Assembly (NCBI RefSeq): GCF_000002075.1
Contig: NW_004798181.1
Location: 184,133 to 248,132 of the forward strand
DNA from: Aplysia californica
Taxonomy: Eukaryota
Length of the DNA: 64,000 nucleotides
Direction: 5' to 3'
A program made the position numbers and the translations under genes. Each line of letters begins with the position of its first letter. The first letter of the stretch is position 1. The notes below the pieces were generated by a model. The model was not told where the DNA came from, made no database searches, and was given only the letters and a program-made list of their open reading frames with translations. Below are positions 35,581-48,959 of this stretch, in pieces.

Positions 35581-37288
35581 TGACTTTAAAAACGTTAATT
35601 ACTGACAAGAAAAAAATATGACCTATAATAAATGTTATATTGACATAAACGCTAATTACTGACAGAAAAGGTATGACCTATAATTATGATAAATTTATAT
35701 TTTCATAACTACTGACCAAAAAAATATGACCTATAACAAATATTCCATTTTCTTAAACGCTAACTACTGACAGAAAAAATATAACCTATAATAAATTTAT
35801 ATTTTCATACCTACTGGCCGATAAAAAATACGACCTATAACAAATATTTTATTTACTTAAACGCTAATTACTGGTAGAAAGAATATGACCTATAATAAAT
35901 ATAAATTTAACATTAACGCTAACTGTTATCTAAAAATATGACCTATGATAATATCATATTTACACAAACGCTATTAACTGAAAATATTACCTAGAAAAGA
36001 TATATTATTTAAATAAACGCTAATTATTGTGGAAGAAAAAAAAACAATGCGTATTTACATAAAAGCTATTATTAACAGAAAAATATATGAGCTGTTATAA
36101 ATATCGTATTTGCACATTTAAAATGTCTTTTAATTGGCAGAGAAAGGTGCTTTATTTGGCAGGAAAATCGCGACCTTTATCAAACATCACGTCTACCTAT
36201 TGACAGAGAGTGTGTCCCCTTATCAAATATAATCTCTTTCATATTGTCTCTGATGTTAGCAAAGAAAGTTTGACCTTTAAAATAATCATGTATCCAAAAT
36301 GTCTGGCAAATGAAAGTGAAAAATGTGATCTTTATTGAATGTCATAACAAGCACAAAAGAGCCAAAATATTGACACAAAAAATGGGGTCTTTATTGAATG
36401 TCATAACAAGTACAAAAGAGCCAAAATACTGACACAGTAAATGGGGTCTTTATTAAAAATCACATTTACACAAAAGTATNNNNNNNNNNNNNNNNNNNNN
36501 NNNNNNNNNNNNNNNNNNNNNNNNNNNNNNNNNNNNNNNNNNNNNNNNNNNNNNNNNNNNNNNNNNNNNNNNNNNNNNNCACCCCCCACCCCCACCCCAA
36601 ACTCTATCCCAAAGTAAATGAAAATAACGAAATAAGCAGTTGAAACCGTTATGATAGCACGCAATGAACATCTACAAGAGTTCACACAGATCTTCAAGAG
36701 TCAAGAGAATCCTATTGACATAATAACGTCCATTTTGTGCTGAGAAAAAGCGAGGCAGGCAGAAAAACCACGAAAATATGTTTTTTTTGGCGTCGATGCG
36801 CTTCTCTTTCCTCCAAACTAACTTCCCTGCTTGTACCAACACAGTTGGCTTTTCCCCTCTTTAGATCATCATTACTAAACAACATAGTCTGACCATCATC
36901 TTGTCTTCAAGCTTCCTTTATTCTGGCTCGAGAGTGGTTGGAAGGTACCTTCGGTAGGTCCTGTTTCTTTCCTTTCTAATTCTCTCTGTTGTTTCTGTCT
37001 GGCTCTCTTACGCTGTTCCTTTAGATCTACTAAATGGCCGATATTTCTTCAACGTTCGTCTCTTTATTCAAATTAAAAAGTCAATCTATTTATAATAAGA
37101 CAATAATAATTATTATCAATCTATCCACCCCCCCCCCCTCAGGAAAGACCAATGTGATCTCGTCACTACTTTCTTCTAAACCGAAAACAAGAAAGTCTCC
37201 ACCCAGCAAGTTCTCACAGTAAACCTCCCACCATCCACCCATCATCCACCCACCATCCACCTACCATCCACCCACCACCCTCCCCGAC

Positions 37289-37677
37289 ATGACAGCGCAA
37301 GCTCCTCAACAGTCCGTGTCTGTTCTCGGCACTGGAAACTTTGGTCAAGCCATCGGGAAGCGACTTCTCAGATCGCAGTATGACGTCACTTTCGGAAGCA
37401 GACGACCAAAATCACGGGACCTTCAGAAGACGCGTGATGACACGTTCGGTACCCCTCGTGTTGTGGGGATGCGTGAAGCCATGAAAGAAAGTGACGTCAT
37501 CGTGTTAGCTCTGAGGGTGGCCAATTTCCAAAGCTTCGCCCGAGAGTTCCGGAGTGACGTAGCCGGAAAGATCATCGTGGACGTCTCCAACAGATCTAAA
37601 TCTACGCCAGTGTCCTCGTCCAACGCAGAGTTTCTCCAGGGTCTTTTGCCAGAGGCACGGGTAGTCAAAGCATTCAG
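37289..37677 (+). CDS. STEAP-like metalloreductase, N-terminal NADPH (F420-oxidoreductase-fold) domain, exon 1
   Basis: VSVLGTGNFGQAIGKRL (Rossmann GxGxxG), FGSRRP, GKIIVDVSN, SNAEFLQGLLPEARVVKAF; donor AG|GTTACT. Confidence 0.85.
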
Positions 37678-38972
37678 GTTACTCTCAAATCTTTTTTTCT
37701 TTTTTTTTACTTTAATAATNNNNNNNNNNNNNNNNNNNNNNNNNNNNNNNNNNNNNNNNNNNNNNNNNNNNNNNNNNNNNNNNNNNNNNNNNNNNNNNNN
37801 NNNNNNNNNNNNNNNNNNNNNNNNNNNNNNNNNNNNNNNNNNNNNNNNNNNNNNNNNNNNNNATAATAATAATAATAATAATAATAATAATAGCAATGAT
37901 GATAATAATAATGATAGATTGCATTCATATAGCTTTATATCCCATGTGAGTATAATATTATACATGTGCACTCGGGAGACTAAGAGTTTGAGTTTGTTTG
38001 CTTTTAAGAGAAAATGAAATTCTCCATGTTCATAAAGAAGATAATAGAACTACGAATAATATTACTTTCATTCCAACATTGAGAAAACCTTTAAAATAAA
38101 CGCTCAAATGTTTTACCTTTCTCGGACTCAGAGGTGTGACGGAGCCATGAGCCAAAGGGAAGACAGATCACTTTTATCTTCAAGGGCACGGACAGCCTAT
38201 TAATCATTTTGCACATTTTTCTAACATTAATAACTCTAACTTAACAAAAAGCCGCTGTGTTTTTATAACTTTAGCACCTTTACCACACACTGTGGACCTT
38301 TTCAGTTGGACGTGATCGCTAAAGTTCACGGGTCTGGGGGGTCTCGCGGGGTTTCGTGGGTGAATCATGCACGTTCAAACAAAATGTGTCTCATTTGGTG
38401 TACATGACACAAAACTGCGCCCTATTTAAATCTAGTAAATGCAACATTTCTTTTTTAAAAAACAAAAAAACCCGTCCTTCTTCAACCTGCAGTGCATCCA
38501 ATGTTGACGAATGTGACCGTTTCCCCACTAGTTAAGATCCCTTCCCTTCAGGCAGCCACTTTCCGTCTTCGAAGGTACTCTATAAATTATGTTTTTGTAC
38601 AGCTCGTTTATCGTTTACAGCTGGTCAATATAAGGCGCTTTGTTTAATACTTGCCCAACAGTGCAACCAATGTGTTATGTATGGCGCATTATTGCACACT
38701 TGGTTTCGTCAGTAGCCTAGTGGTTATGCTGCCGGACTCGTAATCGTGAGATTGCGGGTTCGGAGGGTTGAGCCTCACCTCGGTCCGACGTTGTGTCATG
38801 GGGAAATGCACTTTACACGAATTTTCCATTTGGCTCCGTCCATTTGGAGATGGACGCTAAACTCGGAGGTCCTGCCTTTTTAATAACATAATAGTCTTGA
38901 TAAGGGAATAAAACCTAAGTCATTTTCACACTTTAATGGGATTTGAACAAGTTCTTTCCGCGATCCCCACAG

Positions 38973-39170
38973 CGTGACTTCCGCCTACACCATGGAGGTG
39001 GACATGGACGGTTCTGCCCGGCTGGTGCCCGTGGCCTCTGACCACAGCGGACCCAAACAGGTTGTGATGGACATGGCCAGGCAGCTGGGGTTCAAACCTT
39101 ACGATGCTGGGGGACTTGTGGCGGCGCAGGGGGTGGAAGAAAGGGTCACGCAGCTCTTTCCTGAGTGGCG
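38973..39170 (+). CDS. STEAP-like metalloreductase exon 2
   Basis: cccacag|(S)VTSAYTMEVDMDGSARLVPVASDHSGPKQVVMDMARQLGFKPYDAGGLVAAQGVEERVTQLFPEW(R)|gtgagt; LFPxWR ends the STEAP cytosolic domain. Confidence 0.85.
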
Positions 39171-40054
39171 GTGAGTGGTGGGTGGGTAGGTGGGTGGATA
39201 CGTAGGAGGGTGTAAGGGGAGGGGTGNNNNNNNNNNNNNNNNNNNNNNNNNNNNNNNNNNNNNNNNNNNNNNNNNNNNNNNNNNNNNNNNNNNNNNNNNN
39301 NNNNNNNNNNNNNNNNNNNNNNNNNNTCAAGCATAGTATAATTGTAAATGGGCTGACTCATATCACGCTCATAACTGTGCCTGATCTACAACAGGGAACT
39401 GCTGCTTTTTCTTTCCTGATCCTTACTATTGTCATTTCCCTCTACTTCTTTTGTATGTTTGTCACACTCTTGTGACCCGCTATTTCCGGGGTGCCTTGAT
39501 AGTCGAAGCAGACCTTGTGATGTGAAGTGAGCTGAATAAGTCTGATTCCCTGTATAGACTTATCTGTTGACACCAACCCCTTGACGCTCATATGACCTTA
39601 TGCAGTTGCGAGCGCCGTAAAACCCTCTATTGTAAAAAAACAAAAACAATAACACAAGCTTGAAATCATGAATATATATGAATGGGTGATTAGAGGGCGT
39701 CACTTATAGGTCCTACATCTTAACTTTTCTTTATCTGTTTCTGTCTACCTGGAAGGATTTTACAGCACAAAATGGCCATTATTACGTCGACGTACTTCCT
39801 TTTCCTCAAATAAAACACGAGCCTGTATCAGCGTCGGTGGTGTAGTGGATAGGCGCTTCGTTATCGCACACAGGTGACTCGGGTTCGATTCCCAAATGAG
39901 AAAAAATTCTTATCGAGTATCTCGGTCTTTCTGCTCGGATGTTGTATCCCTATCAGCCCGGGTTGGCCCTGACAGGCTATGTCGAAGCCAGCTGTCTAAA
40001 TGATCTAAATTGTGCCGATGTGGTCGTGAAACAGCTACAGCATTGACAACAACT

Positions 40055-40085
<31 letters not shown>

Positions 40086-40206
40086 CTAAACAATGTATTA
40101 TAAACAAACAAACAAACAAAAACTAACAAATTGTTAAAATTAAAAACAAAACAACTGTGTTTTTAACACACAAGAATGTAAGTATTGCGATATAGCGATC
40201 AACTAA

Positions 40207-40482
<276 letters not shown>

Positions 40483-40746
40483 TAATTACGTGTATTATTA
40501 CTACTAATTTTATCATTATTACTGTTATCATTATTATCATTATTATTATTANNNNNNNNNNNNNNNNNNNNNNNNNNNNNNNNNNNNNNNNNNNNNNNNN
40601 NNNNNNNNNNNNNNNNNNNNNNNNNNNNNNNNNNNNNNNNNNNNNNNNNNNNNNNNNNNNNNNNNNNNNNNNNNNNNNNNNNTATTATCTCTATCAATAT
40701 TCTTAAATATTAGTATTACTTCTCTGCTTCCTTTTCGTGACGACAG

Positions 40747-40858
40747 GATTATGGTTCTTGACGCGGGCCGGATACAGGAGCTGGACACACCGGACAAACT
40801 GCTGGCCAACACGGACTCTGTCTTCTACTCCATGGCAAAGGAGGCCAACCTGGTCTGA
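40747..40858 (+). CDS. ABCC/MRP1-like transporter, last coding exon
   Basis: acag|(R)[36 protein letters not shown]. Confidence 0.93.
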
Positions 40859-40924
40859 CGTCACTGGGAAATCATCGGCTCTCGGCTGTCTCCGGGGGGT
40901 CTCGGGTCACCTCGGAAGACACCG

Positions 40925-41705
40925 GTTGGATGACCTAGTTAGATATCGCCTACTACTAGTTAGATATCGCCCGGGTGACTTTGTTAGACGCCTGCTGCCC
41001 TTTTGAGTATCGGTTGACCTCGTTATATATTGGTTGACCTTGTATGGTAGACATTGGTAGACCTTGTTAGATATCGCCCTGGTGACTTTGTTAGACACCT
41101 GCTGCCCTTTTGAGTATCTGTTGACCTCGTTGTATATTGGTTGACCTCGTTATATATTGGTTGACCTTGTTAAATATTGGTTGACCTTGTTAGGCATCAT
41201 GTGACCTTGTTAGATATTGGGTGACCTTGTTAGATATTGGGTGGCCTTGTTAGATATTGGGTGGCCTTGTCAGATATTGGGTGACCTTGTTAGATATTGG
41301 TAGACCTTGTTAGATATTGGTAGACCTTGTTAGATATTGGTAGACCTTGTTAGATATTGGTAGACTTTGTTAGGCATCATGTGACCTTGTTATAGAAATC
41401 ATGTGACCTCGCTAGACATCGTATGACTTCGCCAAATATCATATGACCTTGTTAGACATCGCCCGGGTGCCAATGTTAAGCATCAGTTGACATTGTTAAG
41501 AATCGGTTGACCTTGTTAAGCATCGGTTGACCTTGATAGACATCATGTGACCTCGCTTGTCATCGGATGACTTTGCTAGACATTGTATGAACTCACTTCA
41601 CTACTTCACTATATTATTTCGTTGGAACTCACTAGACTTGATATGGCCTTGTTAAACATCTGGTTGCCTCGCTAGACATCGGTTGACTTTGAAAGACATC
41701 GTATG
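40925..41705. repeat. Degenerate 20-bp minisatellite just downstream of the ABCC stop
   Basis: GACCTTGTTAGATATTGG[GT/TA] units. Confidence 0.85.
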
Positions 41706-43124
41706 AACCAGGAAAACATTACGTGCCAATTTTGACGCACGTTGGAGACGTGATCATTTTTTTATGTTTGACTTTTGATAACTTGATAAGCCTACTACTA
41801 AATGGCGCTCATATGACCTTATGCAGTTGCGAACGCCGTAAAACCTTCTACTATAATAAAATAATAAGCCTACTAAAATATTTTATGTATGTCGTCGTGG
41901 AACTGCAATATGTGACGTGGTCTCCACGGGATGTGCGTAACTTCCCGATACTTTGGGAAGATGTTCGATACATTTACTTATCTTCTACAGACATTTTGGC
42001 AAATTTCTTAAATGACCAAAATTGTGTCGATAGTGCCGTAAAACATCTACCCAATCAATCAATCAAAAGCAACGTCCAGAGACTTGTACTTGGCTTCTAA
42101 CTACGTGTTCCACAAAAACTGGGTAACTTTCAGAGGCATTACGTAACTTCCACAAACATCCCCACAGAAAATGGGTAATTTTTAGAAGAACTGGCTAGCC
42201 TCCGGAGTTCCATATTGCATCTATTTACTTAACTAAAATTTTGCTCATCCCAAAAGATCTCCCAAACTATTATAATACTATTTACTATTTGAAATTTTTT
42301 TGTGATACTATTTAGCTTTGTAGTCCATTTACCATGTTGTATTGGTGCAGGCAGAAATTATTAAACTTGATATAAAACATGTTCTCATTTAAGTTGTCTG
42401 TTTTTGTTTCTCCAAGACGCATGTGTTGGTTTAACATCCTTATCGCAACTCTGTTGCGTTATTTAAGGGGTAAAACTTTCGCATTTAACGTCCGTCTCCG
42501 ATAGAAGAACCGAGCCAAGTGGGTTGAGAACCTTGAAAACTCCACAAAACGACTCGAGTTTAAGAACGACCAGTCTGGGATTCGGATCAAGATCATTCTG
42601 CCCCTTGGTCCAGCATGATAGCCACTGAACTAACGGAGATATCGCAAAAGCAGAAAAGTATTGTAGAGAATGGAGATTATTGAGTGCTTAGTGGAACAGG
42701 AATAATTATCGGTTCCAGGTGGGTGCCTGATGAAATTAAAAATATGCTGGTGAATTGTGTGTGATTAATGCATATTTCAAATGCATGTTTTTTTATGACC
42801 CCACCGACACAATTTAGATTATTTAGATAGCGGACGTCGACCCTGTATGTCAGGACCAACCCATGGTGCCCCCTTCATTTCTCTGCTCGAGTAATCTCAT
42901 GAATCCTATAGTATCTTGGTGTTTCCCCGTCATACATCTATTCAGATCCCCCCCCCCCAAAAAAAAAGTTCTTTTTGGTCTGCCCCTGCTTCGTGTGCCT
43001 TCTATCTTTCAATAGAGAACAAAATGGCGACTCACTTGTAAAGACTTTGAACTTCTTTTTATATAACATGTAGAGATTTTCGGCGAAAAATGTCACCCTG
43101 CCCTTGAACAAAATGGAGGTGTAT

Positions 43125-43470
43125 TTAATAATAATAAATAGCATTTATGTAGCGCATACCTCCGCTCAACAGCAAGCTCTATTCGCTTTACATTATATTA
43201 TTACCCCAGCAGACCATAGAATACCCAGAAACATTCTCAGCATCCCGGGAAGCATACAGTGCAAGTAGCTGGTTAAGCGCTTAAACACTAACAAACTGAC
43301 AAGATCTTTCGCTGTCCATATCTGCCTACCCATTACCACCCAAGTGAACTGAGGAAAATTCTTGTAAAATACCTTTCCCAAGGACACAACGTCGGGTCCC
43401 TGACGGGATTCAAACCCACGTCCTTACGGTTGCGAGTCCGGGAGCCTAACCATTAGGCGACCGACGCCAC
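43125..43470 (-). mobile_element. Full-length tRNA-headed SINE with CORE-like centre and (TTA)n tail
   Basis: Minus strand: GTGGCGTCGGTCGCCTAATGGTTAGG...GGTTTGAATCCC...GTTGTGTCCTTGGGAAAGG...ATAAATGCTATTTATTATTA; related pieces at ~34070-34245, 38705-38880, 43860-44110, 49985-50095, 50190-50260, 54715-54785, 63510-63700. Confidence 0.8.
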
Positions 43471-45036
43471 AATTGAGACAAGGTGTCCATCCTTTCACAA
43501 TAGACAAAAACGTTACCGGCGTCTATGGTGTGATGTCATGGCGCTCACCGTCACTCGTAGAGGACACATGTTTGATTCTCGTATACAGAGGATTTGTTAT
43601 CGCGTACCCAGGTCTTTCTACAGTGATATTATATTCCTCTCAGTCTCAGCCCGGGTCTTCCCGCTGTGGCTTTGTATTCCTCTCAGCCCGGGTCTCTCTG
43701 CAGTGACATAATATTCCTCTCAGCCCGGGTCTCTCTGCAGTGACATAATATTCCTCTCAGCCCGGGTCTTCCTGCTGTGGCATTGTATTCCTCTCAGCCC
43801 GGGTAGTAGGCCTTGACAGGCAGAGTCGAAACCCGCCTCATAAAATATTTAAATAAATAATGTCGGTGGCGCCGGCTTTCTAGCTGTCAGAATGCGTGGA
43901 CTCGTAATCGTGAGGTTGGTAGTTTTGAGATTCGGGGCACAGACCCGGCGTTGTGTCCTTGGGTAAGGCACTTTACACGAACTTTTCTGGCTTCATCTAG
44001 ATGGGAATGGATACCTTAGACAGCAAAAGATCTCGTCAGTATGTTAGTGTTCTAGCGCCTGTATAAGAGTTGCTTACAGTGTGTGCTTCCCATGAAATTA
44101 ATATTGTTTTAGAATGACATCGTGTTTGCTAGACTAACAATTTTTCTAGACTAACAATGTATAACTTATGCAGTTGTGAGCGCCGTAAAACCCTGTACTA
44201 AACTAACAATGTATAATATTGTAAAGTGCATACCGTTTATCTATCATTATCCAAAACACAATTTTTTTTCAACTCAGGAAAGTCCAATAAAGCGAGACAA
44301 ATCACCAACGATCAAACGGACAAGACCCTGTTCACACGAGTGGAAAATATGAGGCAAATAATAAATTATTATTATTATTATAGCGATGACGTGAGGACAA
44401 ATCGATGATCAAACATGCACTGTGTTTCTCATTACCACTGTGGGTCGACTTATAATTACAATTTATTACAGACACCTGTCTGGAGTTTCCTAATTGTCGA
44501 TTTATAAGCTATGATGTAAAAATAAAAATAATCAAATGTGGTAACGAGCACGCGGGGACAAAGCCAGACGAAACAAAGATTTGTGGTTTTTTTTAGTTTG
44601 ACAAACGAAGGCATTTACCCGTCTTGACTGATGGTCGATAGTGTAGCTGCAATGGCTGGGGCATTTGGATCTTTATAATTGTGTGCCGGATGTCTGCTTT
44701 AAATGATGAAAATAATGGTTTTATAGACTTTCAGCTCTGACGTTCAGCATTACTAAAACCATCCAACTACGTTAATAGGGATAAATGGCCAGTCTTATCG
44801 AAAATAATTATGTAACTCATTTATCTTAACAAGTAACACACTCTTATCGAACAATTTTAATGATTTTTTAAAGGAATAGCTGTTATGATGTAGACGTATT
44901 GCATAATCAAACAGAAAGAACGATCTTAAATTATCGTTATTTTTTGTCTTTCATACGTCCTTTGTACTGAGTGTATAAATCAAGGTCTGTGCCTGAAATA
45001 GGGGAGGAGTCTGGCGCTAAAGTAACTGTGGTGTCG

Positions 45037-45322
45037 ATGTCCCACACGTCTCTCCCACCCAGAATGTCGATTTCCCATACATGGGGAAAAAACTCAATTT
45101 ACTCTCGCGATGACAACCAGAGCTTGCCACTGACAACACCATCACCTTCTGGTTCATATTATGCAAATATTGTAAGCGACCAACAGTGGTTCATTGTCCA
45201 AGTGGTCAACGTGGTGGTCATCTCTGGTCTCCTCAGTCTGTTCGGCGTGGCCTCCAACATCATCAACATTGTGGTGTTTGCCAAGCAAGGCTTTCAGGAC
45301 AGCATGAACATCAGCCTCATGG
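45037..45322 (+). CDS. Rhodopsin-class GPCR (gastropod chemosensory/peptide-receptor-like) first coding exon, TM1 to start of TM2
   Basis: VISGLLSLFGVASNIINIVVFAKQGFQDSMNISLM+G|gtgaga; downstream exons not found; start codon uncertain. Confidence 0.7.
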
Positions 45323-45915
45323 GTGAGATGGCAATAATCACATCGACAGTCACTAACAAATAACCAAATCTTCAGTTTCTTCAAACGAATACGCATGTCA
45401 TCAGTCCAGAAAAAGATATATAATCTACATTTCTGAGAAGGCAATAACCAAATCTACAGTTATTGACAAATAATGTATCTATCTAACAAGCCTGGAACCG
45501 AACATAACCTCATAAATAAGGTAGATGTAATATACTAAGCACATCTACAAAACTGTCAGGCTGTCTGTAAGCTGTGCTACTGGTCTAGGCCCAGAAATCT
45601 TTTACTTTCAGGAGAGGGATGGGGGAGTGAGAGGGGGGGGAGTGAGNNNNNNNNNNNNNNNNNNNNNNNNNNNNNNNNNNNNNNNNNNNNNNNNNNNNNN
45701 NNNNNNNNNNNNNNNNNNNNNNNNNNNNNNNNNNNNNNNNNNNNNNAAGCTTGACGTGTTGTAAAACTCAATATTGTTAACGTCAATTTACTCAAAACTA
45801 GACACTGAGGAAACAGGAGTTTATGATTTTGATGTAGCTACATTATGTCCTACAGTAGGCCAAAGGCCATGTCGTCGGCACATTTTAACGACTGCATACA
45901 ATTAAAGAACACAAA

Positions 45916-46354
45916 TGTGAGGAAGCGTGGTGGAATCAGGCTCTCGTCAATTTTGGGCATGTAGGGCTGTTGGTATCATCTTAATGCTTGTTCAATAATT
46001 GTCTTTATTTTGATGAAAAAAAACTCCATTTATCTTGAATACAAGTCGGGATATTTGCCAAAGAAGAAGGTGGAGGTTACCAGTTTTCAGAGATAAAATT
46101 TGTGAGAAAATGGCCGTCAAAGATGAGTTATTTCCTAAGTTTAAGAGTCCGTGGTAACTGAACATTTACATTTTTTGTGCCTTTAATCGGCGTTTTTCAG
46201 AAAATTTTTCTCAGAAATAAGTTCTTTAATAGGCATGAAAGGTGTTGAGCCAAAAAAAAAAAAATCATAAAAATTCATAAACCTGCGGGAAAACGCAAGT
46301 TTCTTCACCTTTGATTATTTTGACGAGAGCCTGATTCCACCACGCTGCCTCACA
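45916..46354. mobile_element. MITE with ~35-bp TIRs (TGTGAGG[A/C]AGCGTGGTGGAATCAGGCTCTCGTCAA), copy 1
   Basis: Near-perfect inverted termini; AA on both flanks. Confidence 0.85.
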
Positions 46355-46519
46355 AATTTGTATATTTCAAAGTGTTCACCTACCATATTTTTAGGTTTCA
46401 TATTATGAAGAAAATGGTATGGCTTGAAAAATATTATATATGAATGTGTTGAAGATTATATATGTACACCCAAAACAGCCTGTCTTCAAATGTTGTCCTA
46501 TCCTATAACTAGAATATGC

Positions 46520-46810
46520 GTCCTCGAAAAGTTGAAGATAAGGAAGTTGAGGTTGTAAACTCCGGCAGATATCTTGGAGCAACCATCAACAACAGGCTAG
46601 TGTGGCATCCTCACGTTGCTCTTGTGCATAAAAAAATCAAATAATGTTCTTTTCAAGGAAATTAAAAAGTGCTGATATTGATAACAAGACATGTTCCCTT
46701 TTTACTATTTCCTTAATCGTAAGCGTACTGTTATATAGTATTTGCTGCTGAGCTGGAAACTGTAAGGTGCAAGACAGAAATAAATGTAATCGAATCATAA
46801 AGAAAAACCT
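46520..46810 (+). mobile_element. Degenerate CR1/L2/Rex-type LINE RT C-terminal fragment
   Basis: EVEVVNSGRYLGATINNRLVWHPHVALVHKK followed by stops. Confidence 0.55.
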
Positions 46811-47076
46811 GTCAGATAATCATTGGATGTGACTTTAATAGAACTAGTGAGCTATATAAAATTACAAGTAGAAAAAGAACTAACGACATTTCCAACGACT
46901 TGTCACTCCCCGCTTCCACACGTTCAGATCACACAGCAGCAGATAAAAGAATACACCACCAGGAACCAGGAAAGAACGACACACAAGACGTTTCTGCCAT
47001 CTCCAGTAAGGCTACTGTCGAAATGAACTCATTAACATTGATGATATACTGGTGTCATTTTTATTTGTTGTTGTTT

Positions 47077-47117
<41 letters not shown>

Positions 47118-47452
47118 GCGGCTACTGTTGTTTTGTTTTGTTTTGTTTTGTTGGGTTTTTCTTGCCTATGCACACAGTGTATAATGCGAGTATATCTATA
47201 TATTGTGGCTTTCAATGTCTGTGATAAATTCCTGCATGTGATTTGAGGGAGGTATCTGATGACACATGTTGCATTATTGTCAGCTTTATTTCACCTTTAT
47301 TGAAATTCTGTTCTGAAATAATGTATTATAATACAAATTCTATGTATACAGAAGCTACACGTGTTGTTACTATTCCTGTACAGGCACAAAAAACTTCCCT
47401 CAGCTGACAGTGACAATAAAACAGCATCGTATCTATCTAATCAGTTACATAG

Positions 47453-47507
<55 letters not shown>

Positions 47508-47665
47508 NNNNNNNNNNNNNNNNNNNNNNNNNNNNNNNNNNNNNNNNNNNNNNNNNNNNNNNNNNNNNNNNNNNNNNNNNNNNNNNNNNNNNNNNNNNNN
47601 NNNNNNNCGAGGGGAGATGCAGTTTTCTATGGCAGGCCAGCTCCGCAGCATTTTCAGTTGTCATA

Positions 47666-48099
47666 TGTGAGGCAGCGTGGTGGAATCAGGCTCTCGTCAA
47701 TTTTTGGGCATATTGAGTTATTGGTATCATCTTAAAGCTTGTTCATTTGTCTTTGTTTGGATGAAAAAGTATCCATCTATCTTCAATAGGAGTGGAGATA
47801 TTTTGGATTGACGGAGGTGAGGGTCACCTGGTTTAAGAGGTATAATTAGCGAGAAAATGGCCGTCAAAGCTTGGTAAATTCCAAAGCTGGAGAGTCCATA
47901 AAAATTGTAAATGTATATTTTGTGCCTTTAAACAACGTTTTTAGGTGAAATCCTCAAAGGAATCTGTTTGTAAATGGAAATAAAAGCTGTTGAGCCAAAA
48001 AACAAAAATATGATAAAAATTGCTAAGCAGGGAGAAAACTGCTGTTTTCTTCGATTTCATTATTTTGACGAGAGTCTGATTCCACCACGCAGCCTCACA
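47666..48099. mobile_element. Same MITE family, copy 2
   Basis: Same TIRs, diverged interior; TA on both flanks. Confidence 0.85.
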
Positions 48100-48959
48100 T
48101 ATTATATATTTATGAAGAAAAGTTTGTTATTCTTGCTCAATTATTGTGGAAAATACAATTAAGTTAAGACAAATTAATACAAACTTGCTGTGCAAAATGT
48201 GGGTGACATTGATTCACTCGTTACAAAGATATTTGAGAATAAGATTTTGACCGCACCATGGCTCTAACAACTCAAAACGGGCAAAACTAACGGAGAAAAG
48301 GAATTCCAAATAAAATTAAATTAGAAAACAGTTGTACAGTACGTACTTTCCATTTCTGAACTTCTGACGACAACTTCATCCTCCTCTCCTTACCCTAGAC
48401 AAAAATTTTATGAATTAAAATTAATGACAAAATACCCTTTATTTTTTAAAGTCAACACAAAATGTAATGGTAGATGTTTACACCCTCAACGATACACTTT
48501 TGATCATTTAGAAAGCGGTCGCTTCTGCGCTGCTTGTCATGTCGAGCCCAGGCTAGAGTGGGGGTGGAAAGGGAGGAGGGAGTAACGTATCAACATTAAT
48601 ACAAAGACACTTGATTTTTAAAAGATCCTCCACACTCTTGTATCAAACTCATATCTTCTGCATGCGACAGCGAAGTGCCTAACCGCTACACCACGGAAGT
48701 CGGGTTACCCAAAGAGGGAAAAGTGTTTAATCGACCAGTAATCTGACTCCAGACTATTGTTCTGGTTTTTCAAAGTACGATAAATCCAAGCAAAAATCAT
48801 GCAGTGATTACAACAAATTTGGGGGTCAAATATCCCAAATCGATATAGATAGAAGACTGTATTTGCTGAAGTAGTGTTGGGTCCTCATACTTTACCCAGC
48901 GCGTCCCCTGGTGGTGGAGAGGGGAAAGGACTCCAGGTATGGACGTAAGTTGCAAAGCA

